A stretch of DNA of 64,000 nucleotides from Phormidesmis sp. (GTDB taxonomy: Bacteria > Cyanobacteriota > Cyanobacteriia > Leptolyngbyales > Leptolyngbyaceae): contig CBDFJR010000002.1 of the NCBI GenBank assembly GCA_965248535.1, positions 32,001 through 96,000 of the forward strand, read 5' to 3'. The translations under genes were made by a program, and so were the position numbers. This document shows positions 9,426-20,302 of this stretch, one piece after another. Each line of letters opens with the position of its first letter. Within the stretch, counting starts at the first letter, position 1. A model generated the notes under the pieces. The model saw nothing but the letters and a program-made list of their open reading frames with translations. It did not search any database and had not been told where the DNA came from.

Positions 9426-10079
9426 ATGGTTGCCGATTTTATGATTACGGCTTCTACTGAGCTTACCGTCCCTCACCGATCGACTGACTCGATCGTCAAA
9501 CGGGCGATCGATATCGTGGGTAGCCTGATTGGGCTAGGAATCGTCGGTTTGATCTTTTTGCCTGTGGCGATCGCCATTCGGCTCGATAGTCCTGGGGACA
9601 TTTTATATAGCCAACAGCGATATGGGCTGATGGGCAAGCCGTTTCGCATTTATAAGTTTCGCTCAATGGTCAAAAACGCCGAGGCCCTCAAGTCTCAGGT
9701 TGAAAACGAGGCCCAAGGGCTGATCTTCAAAAATCAGCAAGATCCTCGCATCACCAAGATTGGGCGGTTTCTCCGGCGCACTAGCTTGGATGAGCTACCG
9801 CAATTTTGGAACGTTTTGACAGGAGAGATGAGCCTAGTAGGGACGCGCCCACCCACAGCCGACGAGGTGACACACTACAGCACCCATCACTGGCGGCGGT
9901 TAACCGTTAAACCAGGGTTGACGGGCGAGTGGCAAGTCAACGGTCGATCAACGGTCACAGACTTTGAGGAGGTCGTCAAGCTTGATCTGCGCTATCAAGC
10001 TCTCTGGACACCCCTCTATGACATCGTGTTGATTTTCAAAACTCTCTACGTCATTTTTGCCAAGGTGGGCGCGTTTTAG
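9426..10079 (+). CDS. Bacterial sugar transferase (priming phosphoglycosyltransferase)
   Basis: [52 protein letters not shown] and VKPGLTG.WQV. Confidence 0.93.
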   Translation: MVADFMITASTELTVPHRSTDSIVKRAIDIVGSLIGLGIVGLIFLPVAIAIRLDSPGDILYSQQRYGLMGKPFRIYKFRSMVKNAEALKSQVENEAQGLIFKNQQDPRITKIGRFLRRTSLDELPQFWNVLTGEMSLVGTRPPTADEVTHYSTHHWRRLTVKPGLTGEWQVNGRSTVTDFEEVVKLDLRYQALWTPLYDIVLIFKTLYVIFAKVGAF

Positions 10080-10086
10080 TCAGCGA

Positions 10087-11088
10087 TTATGCCCCGTGAC
10101 GCGTTTGGTGCCAGCGCCAAGCATGAGCCAAAATCTGGCTAATGTCGGGATATTCAGGCTTCCAGCCCAAAACTGTTTTGGCTTTTTCACCACTGCCCAC
10201 CAGCGCAGGCGGGTCACCGGGGCGGCGATCGTGCTCAACGGCCGCGATCGGTTGTCCTGTGATCTGACGCGCACTCTCAATGACTTCTTTAACCGAGAAA
10301 CCACTGCCGTTGCCCAGATTAAACGTTTCTGACTGTCCGCCTTTTAATAGATATTCCAGCCCCAACACATGGGCCTGAGCTAGGTCAGTGACGTGAATAT
10401 AGTCGCGGATACACGTTCCATCAGGGGTGGGGTAATCGGTGCCCAAGATTGAAATCGACTCTTGCTTGCCCAAAGCGGTCATCAACACCAGCGGGATCAA
10501 GTGGGTTTCGGGGGCGTGGTCTTCGCCTAGTCGCCCCTCAGGGTCTGCGCCAGCCGCATTGAAATAGCGAAAACACACCGATTTAAGCTGATAGGCCTGG
10601 TCAAAGTCAGCCAAGATCCGCTCGACCATGAGCTTGGTTGCCCCATAGGGATTAATCGGATTTTGGGGGTGATCTTCTGGGATCGGCACCGTTTTGGGAA
10701 CGCCGTAGGTTGCACAGGTCGAAGAAAAGACAAATTTGTCAATCGCGGCTGCTGTCATCGCTTCTAGCAGCGTCAGGGTGCCCACAACATTGTTGCGGTA
10801 ATATTTATCGGGCTTGGTGACCGACTCGCCCACATAGGCGTAGGCTGCAAAGTGCATCACGGCCGCAAATTTGCGCGAGGCAAACAGGCGATCGAGCAAG
10901 GCCCGATCGTTGGTGTCGCCCACGACCAATTCAGCCTTGAGCACCTGATCCACAAGATCTTGATGCCCATAGACTAGGTTGTCAAGAATGACGACGTGAT
11001 AGCCAGCGCTTTGAAGGGCTAACACTGCATGGGAGCCAATATATCCGGCTCCTCCGGTGACTAAAATAGCTGGTTTATCTGATTGCAC
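10087..11088 (-). CDS. galE: UDP-glucose 4-epimerase
   Basis: GGAGYIGSH, HFAA, YGATK (YxxxK), RYFNAAGA and DGTCIRDYIHV. Confidence 0.95.
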   Translation of the reverse strand: MQSDKPAILVTGGAGYIGSHAVLALQSAGYHVVILDNLVYGHQDLVDQVLKAELVVGDTNDRALLDRLFASRKFAAVMHFAAYAYVGESVTKPDKYYRNNVVGTLTLLEAMTAAAIDKFVFSSTCATYGVPKTVPIPEDHPQNPINPYGATKLMVERILADFDQAYQLKSVCFRYFNAAGADPEGRLGEDHAPETHLIPLVLMTALGKQESISILGTDYPTPDGTCIRDYIHVTDLAQAHVLGLEYLLKGGQSETFNLGNGSGFSVKEVIESARQITGQPIAAVEHDRRPGDPPALVGSGEKAKTVLGWKPEYPDISQILAHAWRWHQTRHGA

Positions 11089-11733
11089 GCTAGATCCTCA
11101 CGAAATTGCAGGTCTGTTCAAGGGTTAGGAGTTCGTTCTAAATCCTAAAACCTTATTCGGTGAAAGCATTTGATTTTCAGGAGAGGCTCATCAAACGCTC
11201 ACAGAGAGTCTGAGCCAGAGAACGAGTCAAAATTTCGCTAGATCTCCAGCGATTAGGCTGATTGATCCCGATCGTCATCGCCATCACTTCTTTTTCTTGC
11301 GGCCAAAAAGCTCTTGCATTAAGAGAAAAAAGATTACAACAAACACAATTCCTGCCAAAATTAATTCCACGATCGTTCCTCACTATCACAACACCCTGTT
11401 TCATGACTCAAATTAGCAGCGCTCACATTTAAGCTCATGGTTGGGAGTAACAACCCTGCATTTTGCACGATTTTTATCTTTTTTGAGCCAGTTTAGCGGC
11501 GAGAACTTGACTAAAGGGTTGACCTCCTAACCTTTAGTTTGAAAAAAAATTGTAGCGATCGGACTTATTTTGGATGACAAATTAGGAATTTTCGGTACAA
11601 TCCTAGACGGAATGGGGTTTTGAGGCATCAATGCCTTCCTGAACGAGTCACTGAGCAATTAGCTTCATGAAACTTTAAGAATTGAGTCTAACTACTAAAT
11701 AAGGTTCGCTACAGAACTTGAAGGAATTACAGC

Positions 11734-12948
11734 ATGGTCTTATTGGTAACAGACGTATTTGTGCTCTTAACCCAAGTGTTGCTTTGGGTCGTCGTTGGGC
11801 TTTTCACCTGGTATGTTTTGCTGAGAGCGCTGCCTAAAGCCTTTTTAGGTGGATTAGTGATTTTGCTACTGTTGGGGGTAAGTGCAATCACCTTTTATCG
11901 CGGTGCGCCTGCTGATGGGCTGTTTGGCGATATTTGGCAGGTGATTGCTGTTCCGTTTAGCCCACTGGGGCTGATTTTGATTTTCTTGCTGATCGTCTTA
12001 ACCGAGCTTCTGAGAGGAGGCATATCCAAGACGGGGCTAACGCTGCTGAGGGTGGCGATTCCGCTGCTGCTGATTTTGAGCATTCCGGCGGTCTCGTATT
12101 TTCTGGCTCAACGATCGGAAGCTCAAGCCCTGCAAATCACCCGTGCTGCCCCGGCAGAGTCTCTAGGCGGGGGACGGCGCGTGATTGTAGTGCTAGGTCA
12201 GGGCACGACTCGGCTTCAGCTTAAGCCACGCACGCAGCCTGCCCCTGCCCCAACCCCGGCTCAAAACACTCAGGCTCCCGTGATTCCGCCGCCCGATCCG
12301 TTGTCTGAAGCTGCCTACAATATTTTGACTCAGCAGCCGATTCAGTTGACTGAGGAGGGCGATCGCTTGATCTATGCAGCCCGACTTTACCAAGAAGAAG
12401 CAGCGCGGGGCACGAATCCTCTGATGATTGTGAGTGCTGGGTCTAGAGAAGGGCGCGATCGTAAAGACGGCGATACGCGAGAAAACACGGCAGAATCCAG
12501 AGACATTGTGACGTTTTTGCAAACCCAGGGCGTTCCGGCGGGCAACATTCTTGAAGACAACAATAGCCCTACGGTGCATGACAGCGCGGTTAACGTCAGA
12601 GAGTTGCTGCGCGTTCAGCGAGTCGGCTTTGGCAATCAGCTTTTTTTGGTCACGTCTGCGATCGAGATGAGCCGCGCTGCGCTGACCTTCAATCGAGAGT
12701 TTAATAGCCAGGGATCAGAGACGGTAGTCACGATTATTTCTCGCCCCACTGATTTCTATACGCTGCCCCAGCGCGACTCTCTGCGCCAGCGCACGCAGGG
12801 ACGAGATTTGATCGAGCGCGGGTTCCGGCTAGGAGATCTGTTGCCTAACACTCAGGCCTTTGCTCTGAGTTCTCGTGTGGTTAATGAATACATCACCTCG
12901 ATCTACTATTTCTTGCGGGGGTGGATCAGACCTGTGAGCACGGTCTAG
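11734..12948 (+). CDS. YdcF/ElyC (DUF218) family membrane protein
   Basis: Several N-terminal TM helices, IVVLG, DRLIYAARLY, IVSAG, E..S.T.HDSA and LVTSAIEMSRA. AAGGA RBS upstream. Confidence 0.8.
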   Translation: MVLLVTDVFVLLTQVLLWVVVGLFTWYVLLRALPKAFLGGLVILLLLGVSAITFYRGAPADGLFGDIWQVIAVPFSPLGLILIFLLIVLTELLRGGISKTGLTLLRVAIPLLLILSIPAVSYFLAQRSEAQALQITRAAPAESLGGGRRVIVVLGQGTTRLQLKPRTQPAPAPTPAQNTQAPVIPPPDPLSEAAYNILTQQPIQLTEEGDRLIYAARLYQEEAARGTNPLMIVSAGSREGRDRKDGDTRENTAESRDIVTFLQTQGVPAGNILEDNNSPTVHDSAVNVRELLRVQRVGFGNQLFLVTSAIEMSRAALTFNREFNSQGSETVVTIISRPTDFYTLPQRDSLRQRTQGRDLIERGFRLGDLLPNTQAFALSSRVVNEYITSIYYFLRGWIRPVSTV

Positions 12949-13033
12949 AAGTCAAGCAAAACTCTCTCGTGCTCCGTCTCTAAGAGATAGCGATAGGATG
13001 AGGGAGTTTCTAAATTTTCGCTAGATCTGAATC

Positions 13034-14794
13034 ATGGCGCGATCGCAACTCCAAAAATTGGGTACTTATTTACGGCCTCACTGGCGTAACACGACCCTAG
13101 GCATCAGCACGCTGCTAGTGGTGAATGCGTTGGGGGTTTACATTCCGCTGTTGATTAGAGACGCGATCGATGAGTTGGGAGTCACCTTCAGCGTTGATCG
13201 AGTCTTGTTTTTTGTCGGGCTGATTCTGATGCTAGCCACGGTGATGTGGTGCGTGCGAATGGTTTCGCGAACGCTGCTGTTTGGTGTGGGGCGACAAGTT
13301 GAGTTTGATCTCAAGCAAAAGATCTTTAATCACCTGCTGAGGCTAGAGCCGTCTTATTTTGCGACGAACACGATCGGAGATCTGATCAACCGGGCAACGA
13401 GCGATGTAGACAATATTCGGCGGCTGCTGGGCTTTGCGGTGCTGAGTTTAGCCAACACGACCTTTGCCTATGCCCTGACGCTGCCTGTGATGATGCGAAT
13501 CAATGTGAGATTGAGTCTGTTAGCAATCTCGGTTTATCCATTTATGTTGATTTTGGTGAATCTATTTAGCCATCAGATGCGAAATCAACAGCTTGCCGTG
13601 CAAGAAGAACTCTCGACCATGAGTGAGTTGATTCAAGAAGACATGAGCGGCATTGCCCTGATCAAGATTTATGCTCAAGAAGAAAACGAGCGATCGGCGT
13701 TTCGGCAACTCAATCGACAATTGCTAAACGCCAACCTGCAACTGGCAAAAACTCGAAATACGCTGTTTCCAATTCTGCAAGGGTTGGGCTACTTAAGCGG
13801 ATTGATCTTGCTGTGGTTTGGGGGCGGCGCGATCGCCAGTGGCGTGATCTCAGTCGGTGATTTCATCGCGCTGTTGCTGCTGGTGGGACAGTTGGTGTTT
13901 CCGACGGCGCTGCTGGGCTTCACGATTACGGCTTATCAGCGAGGCGAAGTCAGTATCGATCGCATTGAGTCAATTCTCACGGTCGAACCCAAAATTCAAG
14001 ATCAACCCGATGCCATTCACCTCTCGCTTGACCAAGTAGAAGGCAGACTGACGGCACAAGATTTGCTTTATATCTATCCCACCAGTGAGCCAGAAAAGGC
14101 GATTCCGGCTTTAAATCACGTTAGTTTTGACATTGCGCCTGGCGAAACGGTAGCGATCGTGGGCGCGATCGGGTCTGGCAAATCGACGTTGGCCAATGCC
14201 CTCCCTCGCCTATTAGATATCGCTCCCGGTCAATTATTGCTGGATGGCTACGACATCACCAGTTTGCGAATTGAGGATTTGAGAAGCGCGATCGCCTATG
14301 TGCCCCAAGAAAGTTTTCTGTTCAGCACGTCGATTAAAAACAACATTCGCTATGGCAAGGTTCACGCTGAGTTATCTGAGGTTGAGTTAGCGGCCAAACA
14401 AGCGCAGATTCACGATGAGATTCTCAACTTTCCGCAGCACTATGAGACGCTCGTGGGTGAACGAGGCATTACCCTTTCTGGCGGGCAACGACAGCGAACG
14501 GCCCTGGCCCGGGCCCTATTGGTTGACAGTCCGATTTTGATTTTAGACGATGCCCTGTCGAGCGTGGACAACCAGACCGCCACCCAGATTTTGAGAAATC
14601 TTTCAGAAGGAACCCAGCGTAAAACTGTGGTGTTTATCTCTCACCAACTTTCGGCGGCGGCCTCAGCCGATCGCATTTTTGTGATGGATCAAGGGCAAAT
14701 CGTGCAGTCAGGAACCCATGGACAATTGCTAGAGACAAATGGACTATATCGAACGCTGTGGAATCAAAACAAACTCGAAGAAGCGCTGAACTAG
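13034..14794 (+). CDS. ABC exporter, fused permease and ATPase (MdlA/MsbA-like)
   Basis: TM domain followed by GAIGSGKST, LSGGQRQR and ILDDALSSVD. Confidence 0.93.
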   Translation: MARSQLQKLGTYLRPHWRNTTLGISTLLVVNALGVYIPLLIRDAIDELGVTFSVDRVLFFVGLILMLATVMWCVRMVSRTLLFGVGRQVEFDLKQKIFNHLLRLEPSYFATNTIGDLINRATSDVDNIRRLLGFAVLSLANTTFAYALTLPVMMRINVRLSLLAISVYPFMLILVNLFSHQMRNQQLAVQEELSTMSELIQEDMSGIALIKIYAQEENERSAFRQLNRQLLNANLQLAKTRNTLFPILQGLGYLSGLILLWFGGGAIASGVISVGDFIALLLLVGQLVFPTALLGFTITAYQRGEVSIDRIESILTVEPKIQDQPDAIHLSLDQVEGRLTAQDLLYIYPTSEPEKAIPALNHVSFDIAPGETVAIVGAIGSGKSTLANALPRLLDIAPGQLLLDGYDITSLRIEDLRSAIAYVPQESFLFSTSIKNNIRYGKVHAELSEVELAAKQAQIHDEILNFPQHYETLVGERGITLSGGQRQRTALARALLVDSPILILDDALSSVDNQTATQILRNLSEGTQRKTVVFISHQLSAAASADRIFVMDQGQIVQSGTHGQLLETNGLYRTLWNQNKLEEALN

Positions 14795-14818
14795 ATCAAG
14801 CAAGAACACTTGAGCCGT

Positions 14819-17105
14819 TTACTGTTTATTCGAGAGTGCTCTGAATTCGTATTGGTGGCCCGATCGCTCTGCCATCACCTTCACCAGTTCGAGATCGATC
14901 GGGCGATCGCCGCTCTCAGAAAACTTGACTGGATGAATGGCTCCCATCACCGAGAAATCTGGACTTGCCAGCGATCGCCGAATTCCGTTGCGAGTGGGCG
15001 TGTGCTGAAGTGCCCCAATCAGCGCCTCGGTCGCGTCGTAGGCCAACACCGTTCGCCACCGCACCGGGCTGCCCCAAAGGGTCTTGGCTTGCTTTTGAAA
15101 CGCAGATTTTGAGATTTCAACCTGATAAGACGGCACGGCTAAAACCATTCCTGCCGCAGGCTTGCCCCCAATTTGCAGCGTTTTGGGTGAGTAGAGAGCA
15201 TCCCCCGCTAAAAGAGGCAGCCGATTTTGATTGGCGTTAATCACCAACAGGGCCCGATCGAAGAATTCGTTATTGGGCGCAAGCATGATCACCTGTGCCC
15301 CTTTGTGAATCGCCTGATCCACACTTTCAACCGGGTTAAAGTCTGGTTTGCTCAAATCGATCGCGTCGATCACTTGTCCACGATCGCCATAGAACAGTGC
15401 TTTGCTAAATTCGTCTTTGAGAGAGCGGCTATAGGCACTAGCAGAATTAAAAAACACCGCGACTTTGCGTTTTTTAAGCTGCGTCACCATATAGTTGCCT
15501 AGCTGTTTTGCAGGCAGTTGATCACTAGGCATGGTGCGAAACAGATAGGGACTAAACCCCGATAGCTCAACCGCAGAACTCACCGGAGAGATGGCCACAA
15601 GTTCGCCAGATTGATAGATTTTGCCAGCAGCGAGAGTGGTGTCACTGCTGCCGTGACCAATCACCCCTAGAACAGCCGGGTCATCTACGAGCGCTTTGGC
15701 CACTTGTCGAGCCACGTCTAGCTCACTGTTATCGGTGGCGATTGCCACTTTTAGCTGCACCCCATTGATGCCTCCGGCTTGGTTGACCTGATTTTGGGCC
15801 TGGGCGACTCCTTGCAAAACTTCTGCCGAAGACCCTGGTTGAGTGCTAAGGGGCACCACCACGGCAACGGTGTAAAATTTTTGCTGACCGATGCGAGCGT
15901 TATTAAGATAGATCAGTGTTTCGGGGTCAGCGATATTGGCGCGGCGCGCTTTTTCTAACAGAGTGGTCGCCTGTTTGAGGTTTCCGGCGGCGATCTGATC
16001 GGTGGCTTCTTGCTTGAGCGGCGGCACGGTGCCAGGGGTGAGAATTTTTTCTCCAACGCTAATTTGGGTTTGAATCAAACTCGGACGGACGATCGCAAGA
16101 TCTGGAGGCGTTTGGGTGCGGGTCATTGTCCAAGCGGCCACTAGGGAAGCCGCTACACCGAGACCTGCGGCGATCGTCACGGGCATGGCCGTCTCTAGGG
16201 ATCAATCGAGGTCGAGGCGACTTCCGATCAACCGCATCTCGCCCTGCATCCAATCGAGACAGGGGAATCTGAGTTTGACCGTCTTCCTGGAGCTTTTGCA
16301 GAGCGTCTAGGGCTTCAGCAGCCGTTTGATAGCGCTGGTTAAAGTGAAACTTGGTCATCTTTTCTAGCACGGCAGCGAGGTTAGGCGGCACGTCGATCAG
16401 ATCTCGCCACACGAGTTCGCAGGTGTTGGGGTCTTGGGGCAGTTGCACCGGGCGCACCCCGGTTAAAGCCTGGATGCCGATCACCCCCAGCGCATAGACA
16501 TCGCTGCTAAATCGCGGTTTGCCCAAACACTGCTCACTGGCTCCATAGCCTGACGTGTAGACGGGCAGGCTCATATCAGTTAGGTTGGTGGTTTCGACGA
16601 TCGTTTGGCCGATGGTTTTGACGGCACCAAAATCGATCAGCACTAATTTTTGATCACGATCGCGACGAATCAAGTTATCCGGTTTGATATCTCGATGAAT
16701 GACACCTTGAGCATGGACAAATTCCAGGATGCTCAAGACATCTTCTAACAGCAAAATCACCTGGTCTTCAGAAAGCGTTCTTCCGGGCAGCAGTTCGTCA
16801 CTGAGGGGATGCCCTTCGATATATTCTTGAACGAGATAAAACTCTTTGTCTTCTTCAAAATAGGCTAGCAGTCGCGGAATTTGATCGTGTTCACCCAGCT
16901 TCTCTAGAGTTTCTGCCTCTGAGAGAAACATTCGCCGCGCTTGCTGCAAAATAGCGGGATTATGGCTAGCAAAACTGAGATGTTTTAAGACACACAAAGG
17001 GTTCCCAGGGCGCTGAGTATCCTGAGTGACATAAGTGTGACCAAATCCGCCTGACCCCAGCACCCTGACGATTCGATAGCGCGAACTGAGCAATCGTCCT
17101 AACAT
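14819..17105 (-). pseudogene. Ser/Thr kinase - TM - branched-chain-amino-acid-type periplasmic binding domain fusion, split by one frameshift near 16190-16205
   Basis: Kinase ORF 16059-17105 (GSGGFG, HRDIKPDN, DFG) overlaps ORF 14819-16186, which begins with a TM helix and has a LivJ-like domain (GGINGVQLKV, GVIGHGSS, FRTMPSD). The break may be an assembly indel. Confidence 0.8.
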
Positions 17106-17192
17106 TGCACCCGTAGATGGTAGACCACTTGATTGTAGGGCGATATGTAGAGGAGGGATGAGGGGTGAAGCCTGAAAGTTGGGGATCTGTTG

Positions 17193-17549
17193 CTATCGGC
17201 TGCGCGTTAGATCGATCGCGATTTTCCCCCCAAAGTCAGGAATCGGAGCCGCAGGTTTGATCAACTGCACCCGCACCTGAGCCACCCGATCGAACTTGAG
17301 AACCGATTCTGCAATTATTGTGGCCAGTCTCTCTAGCAAAATTAAATGAGAAGTTTTGATTAAGTGCTGCACGATTTCGATCACGTCGCAATAATTGAGG
17401 GTGTGGGACAGTTGATCGGTTTGTCCGGCTTGAGAGAGATCAATCCACAGCGTTAAATCGACTTCAAACCACTGCCCTAATCGCTGCTCTTCGGGCAATG
17501 CCCCCGTGTAGCCATAGCCCCGAATGCCCGTTAAGTGAATACAGTCCAT
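17193..17549 (-). CDS. folB: Dihydroneopterin aldolase
   Basis: GYTGALPEEQRLGQWFEVDL, D.L..TLNY, LLERLA and KPAAPI. Confidence 0.93.
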   Translation of the reverse strand: MDCIHLTGIRGYGYTGALPEEQRLGQWFEVDLTLWIDLSQAGQTDQLSHTLNYCDVIEIVQHLIKTSHLILLERLATIIAESVLKFDRVAQVRVQLIKPAAPIPDFGGKIAIDLTRSR

Positions 17550-19016
17550 TTATTTAAACCCGTAACCTTTTTGAATATAGTAGTTCTTGATCCACACGCC
17601 AAATCGAACCACTGGGACAGTAATGGGTTGTGTAACGCGATCGAACTTTGCCAGTAGTTTTGACTGTACTGGAAACCAATCATCTGACAGAATGACGGCG
17701 TTTTTTCCTACAAACAGTGAATCGTCGGGATACCAAAAATCGAATTGATCGACCCGATCGGCGATCGCCATCACATCACGATTATTTAGCTGATAGGCTA
17801 GCGCTGATGCCGATCGATAGTCGGTGGTGATTAACAAGGGTGAAGTCTGAAACTCGGCTGTCTGCTGTTGCACAACGGCGGCGATTTCATTCCAGCCATA
17901 CAGCATTCGCGAATCGGGATCAGCGTCTTGGCTAATCAGGGCTGATAATGGTAGAAAGCAATAATGGATAACTAGTAGAGTTGCAAACAATAAACCGTAA
18001 ATCTGAAAGCCATAAAACGCTTTAGACTTAGAACTTGAAACACGAGTAAAGTATGCAGGAAGTAAAGGAAATAATAGAAGATAAGCCGTAATATTCCAAT
18101 AATAAAGCGCCGCAGAGATTAGAGAAATAATCGTCAGAATAATCGTAGAGACTGTAAATATCCAGAATGCAACGATGGGATAAACAGAATCAGCGCGAAT
18201 CAAAGAGCTAGACTGCTTAAAGCTTTGATAAAATCCTCGCCAATAGAAAGGAGAAACAACCAAAAGTGAAATGCCAATAAAAGCAAGACACGATTCTAAT
18301 TTAATGCCGCCGTTAATAGGATGAATGCTGCGATCGACATAATAGTGAAAGGACTGAAAATCATTAGAGAGATTCCAGATCAGAATCGGGATCAAGGCAC
18401 TGCTGGCGATCGCAATTGCTAAATAGAGTCGGCGATCGCGCAAAAATGGTCTCAGGCGGCGATCGGCGATCATCGCCGCGAAATATCCCAACGGGACAAA
18501 TACGGCATTATATTTGCACAATATTGCCAAGGCGATCGCAACGGCTGACCCATAGAGTCGCCAATTCTCTCCTGTTTGATGAAGGACATAGCGATCAAGA
18601 AATGTAATAAATAAATATGCAGAAACTAACGAAAACATGATCATTAAGTGATCGTGCCAAGCCAAACCTAAAAACAAAAAATATAGCGGAGATGCTAGCA
18701 CCAGCAGGATCACGAATCTGAAATAAGACTGAACGCGATCGCGATAGAGATAATGCACTATTCGATAATAAGTATATCCAATCACGCCACTGCTAATCAG
18801 ATTGGGCAACCGCAGCGTAAACGTCGATCGTCCTAAAGCCGCCGTAAAGATGCCTTGCACCCACGCATTCAAAGGCGGATGGTCATAATAAGACCAGTCT
18901 GGATGTTGACCCCACAGCCAATAATAAGCCTCGTCAGGGTTGGGAAACGCCGTCAGCCAAAACACCAGCCGCAGCACCCCAAACGCGATCAGCACCCACC
19001 CCCAAGATTTAGGCAT
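17550..19016 (-). CDS. GT39/ArnT-like (PMT_2) membrane glycosyltransferase
   Basis: PDEAYYWLWGQHPDWSYYDHPP, many TM helices and CKY. Confidence 0.88.
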   Translation of the reverse strand: MPKSWGWVLIAFGVLRLVFWLTAFPNPDEAYYWLWGQHPDWSYYDHPPLNAWVQGIFTAALGRSTFTLRLPNLISSGVIGYTYYRIVHYLYRDRVQSYFRFVILLVLASPLYFLFLGLAWHDHLMIMFSLVSAYLFITFLDRYVLHQTGENWRLYGSAVAIALAILCKYNAVFVPLGYFAAMIADRRLRPFLRDRRLYLAIAIASSALIPILIWNLSNDFQSFHYYVDRSIHPINGGIKLESCLAFIGISLLVVSPFYWRGFYQSFKQSSSLIRADSVYPIVAFWIFTVSTIILTIISLISAALYYWNITAYLLLFPLLPAYFTRVSSSKSKAFYGFQIYGLLFATLLVIHYCFLPLSALISQDADPDSRMLYGWNEIAAVVQQQTAEFQTSPLLITTDYRSASALAYQLNNRDVMAIADRVDQFDFWYPDDSLFVGKNAVILSDDWFPVQSKLLAKFDRVTQPITVPVVRFGVWIKNYYIQKGYGFK

Positions 19017-19163
19017 TCAAAAAAATCATCAGTTCAGTTACAAAAGTTCAAAAAACTTTTAGTGATCGCTCGTCTTCTACGATCGTTAAATTTAGTACAT
19101 CACGATGCACTTTGATCGAATAAAAAGTCTTATATTCATTCATCATCCTTCACTCGGTTGCGT

Positions 19164-20258
19164 ATGGTGACTAGCGCTCGTTGGCGTAAAACGTTAGAAG
19201 CGATCTCGATTCCGATCGCGGCTCTAATTTTTTCACTCTTTTTGTTTGGTTTGTTTTGTGCGGCGGCGGGGGCCAATCCCTTTGCGGTCTATGGGGCGAT
19301 TTATGACGCGGCATTTGGCAGTTGGTTTGCCTTTCAAAACACCCTGATTCGCGCCGCGCCGCTCATGCTAACTTCCCTATGCACTGCCCTGCCTGCCCGA
19401 CTGGGGCTAATGATCATTGGCAACGAAGGGGCGTTGGTGATGGGCGGAATCGCCTCGATCGCCGCAGGACTCAGCGTTGCCGATTTTGCCCCCGCGATCG
19501 TGGTTCAACTCGTGATGGCGATCGCGGGCATTTTTGCCGGAGGGGTGTGGATCGCCATTGTCGGAGCGTTGCGCCACTATCGAGCCGTCAACGAAACGAT
19601 CAGCAGCCTGTTGATGAACTACATCGCGATCGCCATTCTCAACCATCTCGTCGGCGGCCCGATGCGCGATCCCTCGTCGCTCAACAAACCCTCGACGTTT
19701 CCGATTCCTGATGCCGACAAGCTGGGCAACATTCCCTTTACGCGGGTTCATTACGGCTTGCTTTACGGGATTGTGGTTTGCATCATTGCCTATATTTTGA
19801 TTCAGCGCACCACCTTTGGGTTTGCAGCCCGCACAGCAGGCGGAAACGTCAAAGCTGCTCGAATTGCCGGGTTGCCTGTCGGCAAATTGACGATCGCCAT
19901 CTGCTTTTTAGCCGGGTCGTGTGCCGGGCTAGCCGGAATGGTCGAAGTTGCCGCCGTCCACGGTCGAGCCAATGAATCGCTAAACGCGAACTATGGCTAT
20001 GCGGGCATTTTGGTGGCCTTTATTGCGCGATATAACCCGATCGCAGCCAGCGTGGTCGCCATTCTGCTCGGCGGCATTCTCGCCAGTGGCAGCATTTTGC
20101 AGCGAAAGTTATTTTTGCCCGATGCCACGGTCTATGTGTTTCAGGGCTTGGTGTTTCTCGTCGTGCTTTACAGCGAGTCGCTCTACGGACGGTTTGCTGT
20201 GTTTAAAGAACCCGAAGTATCTCGCCCGACTTCTACATCGGCAACCGTGACGAGCTGA
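19164..20258 (+). CDS. ABC transporter permease (nucleoside/BMP-type)
   Basis: TLIRAAPL, IGNEGALVMG, VNETISSLLMNY and GYGYAGILVA. Confidence 0.9.
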   Translation: MVTSARWRKTLEAISIPIAALIFSLFLFGLFCAAAGANPFAVYGAIYDAAFGSWFAFQNTLIRAAPLMLTSLCTALPARLGLMIIGNEGALVMGGIASIAAGLSVADFAPAIVVQLVMAIAGIFAGGVWIAIVGALRHYRAVNETISSLLMNYIAIAILNHLVGGPMRDPSSLNKPSTFPIPDADKLGNIPFTRVHYGLLYGIVVCIIAYILIQRTTFGFAARTAGGNVKAARIAGLPVGKLTIAICFLAGSCAGLAGMVEVAAVHGRANESLNANYGYAGILVAFIARYNPIAASVVAILLGGILASGSILQRKLFLPDATVYVFQGLVFLVVLYSESLYGRFAVFKEPEVSRPTSTSATVTS

Positions 20259-20302
20259 ATTCTCGACGATCGCATCCTAATCAATTCACAGGAGAGACTT
20301 AA

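Noticed and set aside
19085..19098. GTT-N8-TAC as an NtcA site for the ABC/trtA operon
   Set aside because: One mismatch to GTA-N8-TAC and no TAN3T box at the usual 22-23 nt spacing. Plausible biologically but unsupported.
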